This document shows positions 28,828 through 38,174 of a stretch of 64,000 bases of DNA, in pieces. Within the stretch, counting starts at the first letter, position 1, and each line of letters starts with the position of its first letter. Source of the DNA: Polyangiaceae bacterium (lineage in GTDB: Bacteria > Myxococcota_A > Polyangia > Polyangiales > Polyangiaceae); contig CBDCTZ010000016.1 of the NCBI GenBank assembly GCA_965222375.1, positions 1,440,001 through 1,504,000 on the forward strand, given 5' to 3'. Under the pieces are notes generated by a model. It had not been told where the DNA came from, did not search any database, and saw only the letters and a list, made by a program, of their open reading frames with translations. A program made the translations under genes and the position numbers.

Positions 28828-30380
28828 AACCCGTACTGTCTCGCGCCCAGAGCAGGAAACTCGACCGCCGCGCCATGGAAGTGTGCGGCGTGCCCGGTAT
28901 TTCCCTGATGGAGAATGCCGGGCGAGGGGCAGCCGAGGCCATCGTTGCCATGTGCGTCGAGCACACGCGCGTGGTGATTGTTTGCGGTGCCGGGAACAAT
29001 GCCGGTGATGGCTACGTCATTGCTCGCCGCCTGCTCACCGCTCGGGAGCCAAGTCGCGTCTTTTCCCTTGTTGCGCCGGAACGCCTGCGTGGGGACGCCA
29101 AGGCCAACTACGATGCGTTGACGGGGTTGTCCCAGTCCGTGGTTCTATGTGACTCGGAGGAGGCCCTAGCCAAGCTGGAGGCAGAACTTGCTGCATTGGG
29201 ACCAGCTGACATTCTGGTGGACGGAATCTTTGGGACGGGGCTCGACCGAAACATCGAGGGCCATTTTGCTCGAGCTATTGCGCTGATGAACGAGTGCCTC
29301 GCGCGCCGTGTGGCACTCGACATTCCATCCGGAGTCTGTGCGGATACGGGGGCCGTACTGGGCATTGCCGTGAATGCGGATGTCACAACCACCTTTGCGC
29401 AACACAAACTCGGGTTGTGCACATCTCAGGGGGCGCGGCACGTTGGGGAACTTCAGCTGGTCGACATAGGCATCCCGGCCGAGGTAGCCCGAGCCGTCGG
29501 CTTCGATGCGGAACTGGTCGAAGAGCTGGATGCAGCGGAGTGGCTACACCCGCGTTCGCCCGACGTGCACAAGAGAAGCGCGGGCCATGTGCTGTGCTTT
29601 GCTGGCTCCCGGGGCACGAGCGGTGCGGCTTTGCTGTGCGCACAGGGTGCTTTGCGCGGCGGCGCTGGCCTGGTGACCCTGGCGGGCTTTCCGGACACGC
29701 TGTCGGTGCTCGAGCCGCGTGTGCTCGAAGCCATGACTACGAGGATCGAGGAGGCGGCGCTGGGGACTTCTTTGAATTCTCTAATTGCCAAATCGGATAG
29801 CGTTGTGGTTGGGCCAGGCTTCGGCTTGGATGTGCGGGCCGAAAAGGTCGTTGAGCATCTAGTTCGAACAGCTGAATGTCCGATCATCGTGGATGCGGAC
29901 GCTCTTACGTGCCTCGCCCCTCGTCTGAGTGGCCTGAAAGCCTGCAGGGGCGAGCTGGTCTTGACGCCCCATCCCGGCGAGTTGGGGCGCATGCTGGGAA
30001 CGAATTCTGCGGAAGTCGAGACCAACCGCTTCGCGGCAGTAGCGCGTGCCGCAGATCTCAGCGGTGCCGTCGTGCTGCTGAAAGGTCCCTTCACTCTCAT
30101 AGCGAAGGCCGGAGAGCGGCTCTGGATCAACGACGGCGCCTCGCCGGTCCTCGCCACCGCGGGTTCTGGAGACGTGCTCTCGGGCCTGATCGGCGCTCTT
30201 GCATGTGGCCTTGAGCCCCGGCGTGCAGCAGCCCTCGGCGCCTTCGTCCACGCCCGCTCAGGGCGGAATTGGCAGCTGGCCACCGGTGCGGACCGCGGCA
30301 TGCTGGCGCGCGAGATCGCGGACGGTGTGCCGGGGGTATTTGCCGAGCTGGCGCGCTCCAGTCAGGCGCTGCCAGATTGA
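28824..30380 (+). CDS. nnr: Bifunctional NAD(P)H-hydrate epimerase/dehydratase
   Basis: 'LMENAG', 'GNNAGDG', 'DGIFGTG', 'DIPSG', 'VDADAL', 'LTPHPGE', 'ATAGSGDVL'; GTG start overlaps the acpS stop. Confidence 0.93.
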   Translation: MKPVLSRAQSRKLDRRAMEVCGVPGISLMENAGRGAAEAIVAMCVEHTRVVIVCGAGNNAGDGYVIARRLLTAREPSRVFSLVAPERLRGDAKANYDALTGLSQSVVLCDSEEALAKLEAELAALGPADILVDGIFGTGLDRNIEGHFARAIALMNECLARRVALDIPSGVCADTGAVLGIAVNADVTTTFAQHKLGLCTSQGARHVGELQLVDIGIPAEVARAVGFDAELVEELDAAEWLHPRSPDVHKRSAGHVLCFAGSRGTSGAALLCAQGALRGGAGLVTLAGFPDTLSVLEPRVLEAMTTRIEEAALGTSLNSLIAKSDSVVVGPGFGLDVRAEKVVEHLVRTAECPIIVDADALTCLAPRLSGLKACRGELVLTPHPGELGRMLGTNSAEVETNRFAAVARAADLSGAVVLLKGPFTLIAKAGERLWINDGASPVLATAGSGDVLSGLIGALACGLEPRRAAALGAFVHARSGRNWQLATGADRGMLAREIADGVPGVFAELARSSQALPD

Positions 30381-30448
30381 CACGCCGGGTGCGTCCCCTG
30401 GGACGCGCGGTGCGTGCGAAAATCTGAAGCTTCCTGCGATTTGCGGGT

Positions 30449-30464
30449 TGGCACGCACCTTGCG
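30449..30464 (+). promoter_or_regulatory. sigma54 (-24/-12) promoter upstream of the ECF sigma factor
   Basis: TGGCACG-CACC-TTGCG is an exact consensus match; RBS GGAGG at about 30479. Confidence 0.8.
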
Positions 30465-30491
30465 GAGGGAGTCCCAACGGAGGACACCTGA

Positions 30492-31022
30492 ATGCTTTCA
30501 ACGGATACCCCACCTCGCACCATGCGCGACGAGATCACGGACCATCTGCCGGCGCTTCGCGCCCGAGCCATGAAGCTGTGCCTGAACCGCACCGAGGCCA
30601 ATGACCTCGTGCAAGACACAGTCGAACGCGCGCTGCGTTTCGAGTCCAGCTACGTAGCTGGCACTAATCTGCGAGCGTGGGCGCAGCAGGTCCTATTCAG
30701 CGTCTTTGTCACACGCTGCCGTCGACTCAGGCGCGAACGGCGAGCGATGGATGTACTCAGTACGGACCCCTGCGCCTGGACCCATCGCGATGCGCCGCCG
30801 CCCATGGCGTCTCTTTCACCGCGGGTGAACCGTGCTCTGTCGGAGTTGCCGCCAGCGTTTCGGGATGTGGTTCGCCTGGTCGACTTGGATGAACGTAGCT
30901 ACAAGGATGCCGCGGCCGTGTTGCGCATTCCCGTCGGGACCGTAATGAGCCGGCTGTTCCGCGGGCGTCGCATGCTTCGGCAAAGCCTCCAACCCGATGT
31001 GCCTACCCTTCGCGCGGCGTGA
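30492..31022 (+). CDS. ECF RNA polymerase sigma factor
   Basis: Region 2 'ANDLVQDTVERA...NLRAW'; region 4 'SYKDAAAVLRIPVGTVMSRLFRGR'. Confidence 0.92.
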   Translation: MLSTDTPPRTMRDEITDHLPALRARAMKLCLNRTEANDLVQDTVERALRFESSYVAGTNLRAWAQQVLFSVFVTRCRRLRRERRAMDVLSTDPCAWTHRDAPPPMASLSPRVNRALSELPPAFRDVVRLVDLDERSYKDAAAVLRIPVGTVMSRLFRGRRMLRQSLQPDVPTLRAA

Positions 31023-31170
31023 GGTTTCCCTGCGGTCACCCGGTTGCTCTTGGGCCTCCCGCACAGGCTGGCGGCTAGGGCGCAAGGCGGAGACGTCGTG
31101 ATCGATGGCGAGCCCCGTGCGGCGCGTGCTTTCGCGTCACCTTGCCCACAGGGCTCGGCTGATTCCTGCA

Positions 31171-31947
31171 CTAAGGGAGGAGCTCGACGTGCCCCGCGCG
31201 GACGTGCTTGGGCCCGCTTTGGGTTTCCAAAATCAGCTCCCCGCTCGCGGTGAGCCCGGCTGCAACTCCCCGCGCTCTACCCACCTGAACCCGGCGACCC
31301 CTGAGCACATCGTGCTCACCCAGCTCGGGCAGGATCGCTACCAGGCCGCCCCGCACCACCTGGCCTACCCGATGTGCGATGCCTTCGAGAGTGTCCAAGA
31401 GTAGGACTTCCCGCCGCTCTTTCCGTCCGAGCTGAGCGAAGGAGACAGCGCTTGCAGCAAGCTCCGTGGGAAACGCGACAGTCGCGACGTTGAGGCCCAC
31501 ACCGACGATGACGGCGGAAAGTTGCCCTGACTGAACCACGCTTTCCAAGAGCACACCCGCCAGCTTGCGCTCGCCCACCCAGACGTCGTTCGGCCATTTG
31601 ATTCCGACACGCTCGCCGGGGAGCCGGCGCGCTGCGACATCACGCACTGCGAGGCCCACGCCTAGGGTCAACAGCGGCGCCCGCGCTGGCGGCAGCTTCG
31701 GTCGCAACAGGACGCTGAAGGTCAGGTTCTCCGACGCCGGTGCCAGCCACGAGTTTCCTTGCCGCCCGCGGCCCTCGGTCTGGAAATCAGCGCTAAACGT
31801 TGCGCCTTCCGGCGCGCCTGCTCGGGCCGCAGCCAGGGCATCGTCATTGGTGGAGCCCGTCTCGGCCTTGGCTGTGATCGGTGCGCCGAGGCCGAGCTTT
31901 CGGAGGCGTTGTTCTGCGCGGAAGAAGCCGACGTCGAAAGTCGTCAC
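31171..31947 (-). CDS. birA: Biotin-protein ligase (no HTH domain)
   Basis: 'GSTND', 'QTEGRGRQG..W', 'IKWPNDV', 'KLAGVL', 'GVGLNV'. Confidence 0.94.
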   Translation of the reverse strand: MTTFDVGFFRAEQRLRKLGLGAPITAKAETGSTNDDALAAARAGAPEGATFSADFQTEGRGRQGNSWLAPASENLTFSVLLRPKLPPARAPLLTLGVGLAVRDVAARRLPGERVGIKWPNDVWVGERKLAGVLLESVVQSGQLSAVIVGVGLNVATVAFPTELAASAVSFAQLGRKERREVLLLDTLEGIAHRVGQVVRGGLVAILPELGEHDVLRGRRVQVGRARGVAAGLTASGELILETQSGPKHVRAGHVELLP

Positions 31948-32783
31948 AGTGGTGTCAGGTCGAGGGCGATGTCTGCGGCGGGTGCCGAATGGGACAAAGC
32001 TCCTACGCTGATGACGTCGACGCCCTGTTTCGACAGCTCGGCAATGCGCGGCAGGGTGATGCCGCCCGATACCTCGACCAGAGCTCGACCTTTCGCGAGC
32101 TGGCAGGCTTCCGTCACGGCGGAGGCTTCGAAGTTATCCAACATCACGATTTCGGCGCCCGCATCGAGTGCTTCGGTCAGTGCTGCGACACTCTCGACCT
32201 CCACCTCGATCTTGCTCGTGTGGGGGGCGTGCGCCCGTGCACGCCGCACAGCTTGCGTGATGCCTCCCGCGGCAGCGATATGGTTGTCCTTGATCATGAC
32301 CGCGGCACCGAGCGTATCGCGATGATTGTGTGCGCCGCCGGTGCGAACTGCGTAGCGCTCGAAGGCTCGCAGGCCCGGAGTCGTTTTTCGAGTGTCTACA
32401 ATGCGCGTTTTTGAACCCGGGGACAGCGCGGCAACGTAGCGCTGGGCCAAGCTCGCAACTCCACTCATCCGCTGAACGAAATTCAAAGCCGTGCGCTCGG
32501 CTTGCAGAATGGAGCGCGCGCTGCCCTCGACCAGCCAAAGCTGGGTGCCCGGGCTCGCCAGCTGTCCCTCGGAAACCAGGGTTTCCACTCGAACTCCGGG
32601 ATCCACTCGATAGAACACCCTCGCGAAAACCGCGCCACCGCATGCCACCAAACCGCTGCGGGCGACGGCAGCGGCCTTCGCTCGCGCCGCCTCGGCAACG
32701 CACGCCTCGGTGGTCAAATCGCCGCCGGCGAGATCCTCCCGCAGAGCTCGGTCCACAGCGTCGTCCAGCAAGACCTCGAGCAT
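31944..32783 (-). CDS. nadC: Quinolinate phosphoribosyltransferase
   Basis: 'AERTALN', 'DTRKTTPGLR', 'MIKDNH', 'EVEVES', 'MLDN', 'SGGI'. Confidence 0.96.
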   Translation of the reverse strand: MLEVLLDDAVDRALREDLAGGDLTTEACVAEAARAKAAAVARSGLVACGGAVFARVFYRVDPGVRVETLVSEGQLASPGTQLWLVEGSARSILQAERTALNFVQRMSGVASLAQRYVAALSPGSKTRIVDTRKTTPGLRAFERYAVRTGGAHNHRDTLGAAVMIKDNHIAAAGGITQAVRRARAHAPHTSKIEVEVESVAALTEALDAGAEIVMLDNFEASAVTEACQLAKGRALVEVSGGITLPRIAELSKQGVDVISVGALSHSAPAADIALDLTPL

Positions 32784-32879
32784 CCACCGAACCTAGCCGC
32801 AGTCGACGGACAAAGCGAGGCCTGCGCTGTACACGCGCCGCGAGCTTTCGTGCGGCCGGCTGCCAAGTTATGCTGGATT

Positions 32880-33254
32880 GTGGCCTACAAGATCCTGCTG
32901 ATCGATGATGAGGATGACATCCGCACCATCGCCGAGTTGAGCCTCGGAACCGTCGGGGGGTTCGAGGTGGTTCTTGCGGACAACGGTCGCCGAGGGGTGG
33001 AGCTAGCTCTCGAGGAACGTCCGGACGCAATCCTCCTCGACGTCATGATGCCCGGAATGGACGGTCCGACGACACTGAGTGCCATTCGCGAGAAGGCAGG
33101 TGGGGCACAGATCCCCATCATTTTCATGACTGCCAAGATCCAATCCAAAGAGCGGGAGGGTTATCTAGCCCTGGGTGCCGCGGGTGTGATTCCGAAGCCT
33201 TTCGATCCGATGACTCTGGCCAACGAAGTGAAAACGATCCTGGGTTGGTCGTGA
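32880..33254 (+). CDS. Single-domain response regulator
   Basis: 'ILLIDDEDDI...LLDVMMPGMDG...FMTAK...KPFDP'; GTG start at 32880. Confidence 0.9.
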   Translation: MAYKILLIDDEDDIRTIAELSLGTVGGFEVVLADNGRRGVELALEERPDAILLDVMMPGMDGPTTLSAIREKAGGAQIPIIFMTAKIQSKEREGYLALGAAGVIPKPFDPMTLANEVKTILGWS

Positions 33255-33556
33255 GCAGCGATGTCGTTGCCGCCCTGATGCGGGCCTTTGGCCCGAAGCT
33301 GCCTGCGAGGCTAGCGGCGATCGAAGCTGCCCTGGCTCACGCGCGTAGCGGAGACGCGGAAGGCCTCGGAGCTGCACGTCGTCTCGCTCACAAGTTGCAC
33401 GGCACGGCAGGCAGCTATGGCTACGCTGCCGTGAGCGTCGCTGCCGGCGAATTGGAAGCGTTGCTGGACGAGAATCCACCCAATTGGGACGAGGTGGACG
33501 CGGCTGGCCGCGCTCTTTGCGTCGTGGTGGAAGCGGCGGCCAACGTTGACGCCTAG
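33251..33556 (+). CDS. Hpt (histidine phosphotransfer) protein
   Basis: 'LAHKLHGTAGSYGY'; GTGA overlap with the REC gene. Confidence 0.88.
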   Translation: MSSDVVAALMRAFGPKLPARLAAIEAALAHARSGDAEGLGAARRLAHKLHGTAGSYGYAAVSVAAGELEALLDENPPNWDEVDAAGRALCVVVEAAANVDA

Positions 33557-34046
33557 TCCGTTGTTTCCAGTTTGAGGCACCGATTCACGGTTTCGACGAA
33601 GCGTTCCTCGCTGGTTTGGGATTTTACCAAGGCGGCTTCGACCTGACTCGCGACCTCGACGCTGACCTCTGAGGCACTGAAGAGCACCGCGGGCACCCCG
33701 AGTTCCCCGAGCTCTTGCAGCAGTTCCAGCCCAGAGCCCGTCCGGTAGCCCCAAGTCGACGAGGGCCAGATCGTAGTGATTTGTTCGGATCAGGTCTGCC
33801 GTTCGAAGACGGCGTGTCCGCAGAAGGAAACGTCCCGGGGTGTCTCGCGACTAGGCCGTGGTGTGACTTGAACCACTGGCGATGCGCATCCACCAACGAA
33901 ATCAGAGCGATCGGCACGTTGGCGATGTGCGCGGCCAAACGTGTGAGCGCGTCGTAGGCGTTTTCTTCCGCAGTATCCAGAATCTCCAAGCGCTCGAGGG
34001 CGGCGAGGCGCTCAGCTTCGTCTGGCGGTGTCGGCGCCTTCTTCAT
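33553..34046 (-). pseudogene. Collapsed GAF...REC hybrid sensor remnant (internal deletion plus frameshifts)
   Basis: GAF start 'MKKAPTPPDEAERLAAL...ISLVDAHRQWFKS' / 'ETPRDVSFCGHAV' is fused to a REC tail 'HYDLALVDLGLPDG' / 'SGLELLQEL...PAVLFSA...LVKS' / 'QTSEERFVETVNRCL...*', with several frame switches. Confidence 0.85.
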
Positions 34047-34102
34047 GGGTTCTGATTGGAGCGGTGTTTCGTCACGGAGTTCCTGAAGGTACGCGGCGAT
34101 TT

Positions 34103-34855
34103 CTATCCTGCGAAGCCGTAGCTCCGCGCTAGGAAGGTTGCGAACATGTTGCATAGCGCGTGAAACGCTACGGCTGCGCCAATCCCTCCGGTGCGAGCGC
34201 GCAGCCAGCCGAACAGCAATGCCGGGAAGAACACGGCAAGGCGGTTTGCGTTCACATCCGTCGCCAGATGTCCAAGGGCGAACAGCGCGCTGCTCACCAG
34301 AAGCCCCCACCCAACGTGAGCCCCGAGTAGCTTGAAGCGTGGGCGCCACACTCGGTCGAGGGATGTCTGGACGTAACCGCGATAGAACGCCTCCTCGGGC
34401 AGGGCGATGACAAGGAGTTGTCCAAGAGATTCGTCCCAGAGACTTGACGGCCACACCGCGCTGAAGTTGTGGATTGGCTTCCACCAGGTCAGCCAGCCGA
34501 ACCAGAAGGCAGGATAGAGAAGCAGCCCCAGCCCAAGAGCCCAGACGCACGCCCAGAAAGCCTCTCGAAGTAGGCGGCTCGCGGATAGGGGCTCGGGCTG
34601 AAGCAGGCCGCCCAGGGCAAGGCCGAAGGCTCTCGGGTCGGCGTCGCCTCTCAGTGCCAGAAAGTAGGTTGCTGCGAGGAAGCCCAGGCCCACACCGGTG
34701 GCGGCCAAATTGTCGGGCAAACCGTAGGAGAGTCCGGTCACGAGGCAGGTGGTGATGAAAACCGCCAGAAGCGGCCGCCACCAACTCCGCGCGCCGCCTC
34801 CTTCCGCCGGCAGATCCCGAGCGCTTTGCCCCGCTCGGGGATCAATCACGCTCAC
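34103..34855 (-). CDS. CPBP family glutamic-type intramembrane protease (myxosortase-like)
   Basis: 'LPEEAFYRGYVQ', 'LFALGH', 'VFFPALLFGWLRARTG', 'FHALCN'. Confidence 0.88.
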   Translation of the reverse strand: MSVIDPRAGQSARDLPAEGGGARSWWRPLLAVFITTCLVTGLSYGLPDNLAATGVGLGFLAATYFLALRGDADPRAFGLALGGLLQPEPLSASRLLREAFWACVWALGLGLLLYPAFWFGWLTWWKPIHNFSAVWPSSLWDESLGQLLVIALPEEAFYRGYVQTSLDRVWRPRFKLLGAHVGWGLLVSSALFALGHLATDVNANRLAVFFPALLFGWLRARTGGIGAAVAFHALCNMFATFLARSYGFAG

Positions 34856-35037
34856 CCCGCTCGAGATCCGCAGAAAAACGGCGGTTTCCCGCTGCTAGGC
34901 TCCCCGTCCCGACCATCCTGGGATAAGGTCCGGCCGCTCGCTCGGGGGTCCGGGTGAGCGTGCAGAGCTGCACGCCCGGAGACTCGGCTCCATTTGTCGC
35001 GTCTCCACCGACCCCAAAGAGTGCGGTTGGAGGAAGT

Positions 35038-37548
35038 ATGGTCGACGCACAACTCGACGCCGGGGACGGAAATTTCAAAAAGGGCCGTTTCAATCCCTTT
35101 GTCATCTTGATCGGCTTCGTTGCCGTCGTTGGTTTGGGGATCTTTCTGTTCATCGGCCTCAAGCAGGACGCCGAGAAGCTTACGGTAGAGCAGGCCGAAG
35201 AGCAGAAGAAAGCGATCCAGATTCTCCCGAAGGCGGAACAAATCCCCAAATGGCGGGAGTGGGCCAAGTCCGATCGCAGCCAGGAGCTGCAGTCGGAAGC
35301 GCTCAAGCAGCTGGCGTGGGCCAAGGACCCCGAGGGCGTGGACGCCGCCATCGCCGCGCTGAAGTCGGATGCTGAGCCAATCCAAGCGATGGCCGGAACC
35401 GCGCTCGCTCATTATGGGTTGCCCTTGGGCGAGAAGGCCAAGGGGCCCCTGCTGGAAGCCATGAAGACGGCCGGCCCTGGCGCCAAGCCACAGATCGCTT
35501 GGGCGCTCGTCGTGCTCGAGGAGTCCTCTGCCTTCGAGCAAGTCATGCCGCTGTACAAGGCAGGGCATCTCTCCAAGGTGCAGCGCCTGGGTGGTGGGGT
35601 CGCATTCGACCCCGAGAAGATCGTCAAGCTGGTGTCCCTGGACAAGCTCGCGGGATACGCCGGCGACGAGAGTCCGGCAGTACGGCAGCTCGTGGCCACG
35701 GTGCTTTCGCGCAATGCGGCGCCGAAGTTCACTGATGCTCTGATCAAATTGGTGCAGGATCCGGACGGTGAGATTGCGCGGCAAGCGGCTCCTGGCCTCG
35801 GCAAGATCGGTGACGCCCGGGCTCGAGAGCCATTGCTGAAAGCACTCAAGACCGGCGATAAGGAGAGTCGGACCAAGTATCTCGAGGCTCTTCGCGACGG
35901 CATTGGGACCCAAGGCTTGGTGCTCGCTCTCGACAGCTTGAACGACGACCCCGAACGAGCTTGGTTCCAGACGAAGCAGATCTTCGATCTGATTCGGAAA
36001 CTGGCAGACCCGCGTGGTGGCGATCACTTGATCAAGTACATCGAGACCAAGCCCCACATTCACTGGCAAACCGAGGCCGCGACCGCGATGGCGGAGATTG
36101 GCGATCTGCGCGCCGTGCCGACGCTTGCGAAGCGCCTGCGCATGGATCCCACCAAGATCTACAGCGACCAGTACGATCACGAGCAGATGCTCAAGCGCGA
36201 CGACAACGAGCGCGTAGTGGCTGCCCGCATGATCGCGGACCTCGCAGTGCTGCACCCGGATAAACGCGAGCAAATCCGAACCGACGCAGAGGACGGACTG
36301 ATCTTCTGGATTCACGAGTTGCCCTCTCCCCATGCCAACGGTCTCCGCGCCCTGGCTGCAATGGAGAGCACCAAAGACCTAAAGGCCCTGCGCGACTGGG
36401 CCAACCCTGACGCGCCGCTGCCGAAGGAAGGTCAGCAGCCGCCATTCCCCGAAGAATGGGTCGTTGCGCAGAGTGCAATGCGCTACGTCGGCTGGTTGAA
36501 GGACGAGCCGTCCTGGGGCGTTCTGGAAAAGGCACTCAAGAAACGCCCGACCGATCGCGACGTCACCATGGACGGGCTGATGCAAGGCGGTATCGCCATC
36601 CTGGGCATGTCTCTCCGCGCGCTGGGCGTAGGAGCAGCCCATGGCTTTTCCCAGTGGGGTGACCACCGCGCCTTCAAGCTGTTGATGGACTACATCGAAG
36701 AGCCAAAAGAAAACGAACAGAGTCGGATCGAGGCCTGTGCGGCTCTTGCGTGGGTGGCTGAGAAAGAGGACATGCTTGAGGTCGCCAAGAAGATCCAGAA
36801 GTACGACAAGACGGACAAGGCCGACTCCTTTCGCCGCAGCTGCTTCTTGGAGACGCTGATCACACGGCCGATTGCCGGGACTAGCGCTGCGCTGGTCGGT
36901 CTGCTGACAGCGGACTCCGCCCTCCAGACACGACACCAGGCTGCCCGTGCCATTGGCAAAGCCGGCTTGGACAAGGAAACGGAAGCCAAGCTCTTCGAAA
37001 TGATGAAAGAGGACGCGTTGATGAATGACGCCGCCCTCGCTCTGATCTTGGGCGGTAGTCCGGACGTTGCAGCTCGCGCTGTTGCGCTCTACGCTGACAA
37101 GGATAAGGCGGCTCTCGAGGAGCTTGCAGATCTTTGGTACCGAAGCTTCGGCTACTGGTCCAAGGAGGACCTGGACAAAGGTCGGATCTTCAAATACGTC
37201 GACAACGCTGTAGCCATCTCTCGCGTGGAGGTCAAACAAGTTCCCCAAGAGTGGGCGACGGTCATGTTGATGAAGCAGCTGGACAACCTCCAGTTCGACA
37301 ATGGCCCGCATTCCTTCACCCGCGTCGTCTTGCGGGGGCGACTTCGGCAAATGGCCGAGGATGACAGCAAGCCGGAGCTCCAGCAGGGTGCCATCCGCTC
37401 ACTCAAGTTCATGAAAGAGCAGGGCGTGCTGCTGGCGCTGCGAGACGGCAAAGGCAAGGGGGCCGAGCTGGCACGGGAGGCGTACTTCGAGCTCATGAAC
37501 CCCAAAATCATCACCGGCGTGAAGATCCCCGAGGACGACGAGAAGTGA
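35038..37548 (+). CDS. Membrane-anchored HEAT-repeat protein
   Basis: RBS GGAGG before ATG 35038; N-terminal TM; repeats such as 'IARQAAPGLGKIGD', 'AATAMAEIGDLRAVPTL'. Confidence 0.85.
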   Translation: MVDAQLDAGDGNFKKGRFNPFVILIGFVAVVGLGIFLFIGLKQDAEKLTVEQAEEQKKAIQILPKAEQIPKWREWAKSDRSQELQSEALKQLAWAKDPEGVDAAIAALKSDAEPIQAMAGTALAHYGLPLGEKAKGPLLEAMKTAGPGAKPQIAWALVVLEESSAFEQVMPLYKAGHLSKVQRLGGGVAFDPEKIVKLVSLDKLAGYAGDESPAVRQLVATVLSRNAAPKFTDALIKLVQDPDGEIARQAAPGLGKIGDARAREPLLKALKTGDKESRTKYLEALRDGIGTQGLVLALDSLNDDPERAWFQTKQIFDLIRKLADPRGGDHLIKYIETKPHIHWQTEAATAMAEIGDLRAVPTLAKRLRMDPTKIYSDQYDHEQMLKRDDNERVVAARMIADLAVLHPDKREQIRTDAEDGLIFWIHELPSPHANGLRALAAMESTKDLKALRDWANPDAPLPKEGQQPPFPEEWVVAQSAMRYVGWLKDEPSWGVLEKALKKRPTDRDVTMDGLMQGGIAILGMSLRALGVGAAHGFSQWGDHRAFKLLMDYIEEPKENEQSRIEACAALAWVAEKEDMLEVAKKIQKYDKTDKADSFRRSCFLETLITRPIAGTSAALVGLLTADSALQTRHQAARAIGKAGLDKETEAKLFEMMKEDALMNDAALALILGGSPDVAARAVALYADKDKAALEELADLWYRSFGYWSKEDLDKGRIFKYVDNAVAISRVEVKQVPQEWATVMLMKQLDNLQFDNGPHSFTRVVLRGRLRQMAEDDSKPELQQGAIRSLKFMKEQGVLLALRDGKGKGAELAREAYFELMNPKIITGVKIPEDDEK

Positions 37549-38129
37549 CCCGTAGCCTTGCCTGGGTCGGGATCCTGGCCCTGGCGTGGAGTGCATGCGC
37601 GCCGGCCAAACCGGCCAAGACCGATCCCGGGCCGCGCTTGCTGCGGCTCGAAGCGAGGCCCGGGGCAGTCGTTGACCATGCCTGCGTGCCGAGCGGTCCG
37701 GAGCTGTGCTTCAACGCTCGAGACGACAACTGCAACGGGATCTTGGACGAAGGATGCGGGGTCAATACGGGCCTGGTCCAGTTTGCTATCGCTTGGGCGG
37801 AGTCGAATGCGGACGTTGACTTGAGGGTGACGGATCCGAACGGGGAGCTCGTCGAGGCGGGGCGGCCCACCCAGAGTGGGCTGGTCAAGGACCGCGACTG
37901 TCCCGGAAAGCGCAACGCTTGCCGTGGGCAGAACATGGAAAACGTCTATTTGGAGGACGGCGATCCCGCTCGTGGCAAGTATCGGCTCCGGGTCCGGTTG
38001 GAGGAGATGGGCGGCGAAAACCCACCAATTTCCGTCACGCTCGGTGCGCGGGTGGGGCCGAAGACCTACGCTTTGGAGATGTCGCTCACGCGCGCCGGAG
38101 ACGAGCAAGAGGTCGTGCTCGAACTCTGA
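37545..38129 (+). CDS. Lipoprotein with MopE-like Cys motif and YfaP/DUF2135-like domain
   Basis: 'AWSAC'; 'ELCFNARDDNCNGILDEGC'; 'ADVDLRVTDPNGE...ENVY...GKYRLRV'. Confidence 0.75.
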   Translation: MTRSLAWVGILALAWSACAPAKPAKTDPGPRLLRLEARPGAVVDHACVPSGPELCFNARDDNCNGILDEGCGVNTGLVQFAIAWAESNADVDLRVTDPNGELVEAGRPTQSGLVKDRDCPGKRNACRGQNMENVYLEDGDPARGKYRLRVRLEEMGGENPPISVTLGARVGPKTYALEMSLTRAGDEQEVVLEL

Positions 38130-38174
38130 GTCGCGCGTCTTCTCAGCGCGGGCGAGGCCCGCTATGCTGAAGCG

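Noticed and set aside
33624..34784. 386-aa ORF as a real gene
   Set aside because: Its 5' part is an alternate frame of the CPBP protease; only the segment from 34046 is real and belongs to the GAF pseudogene
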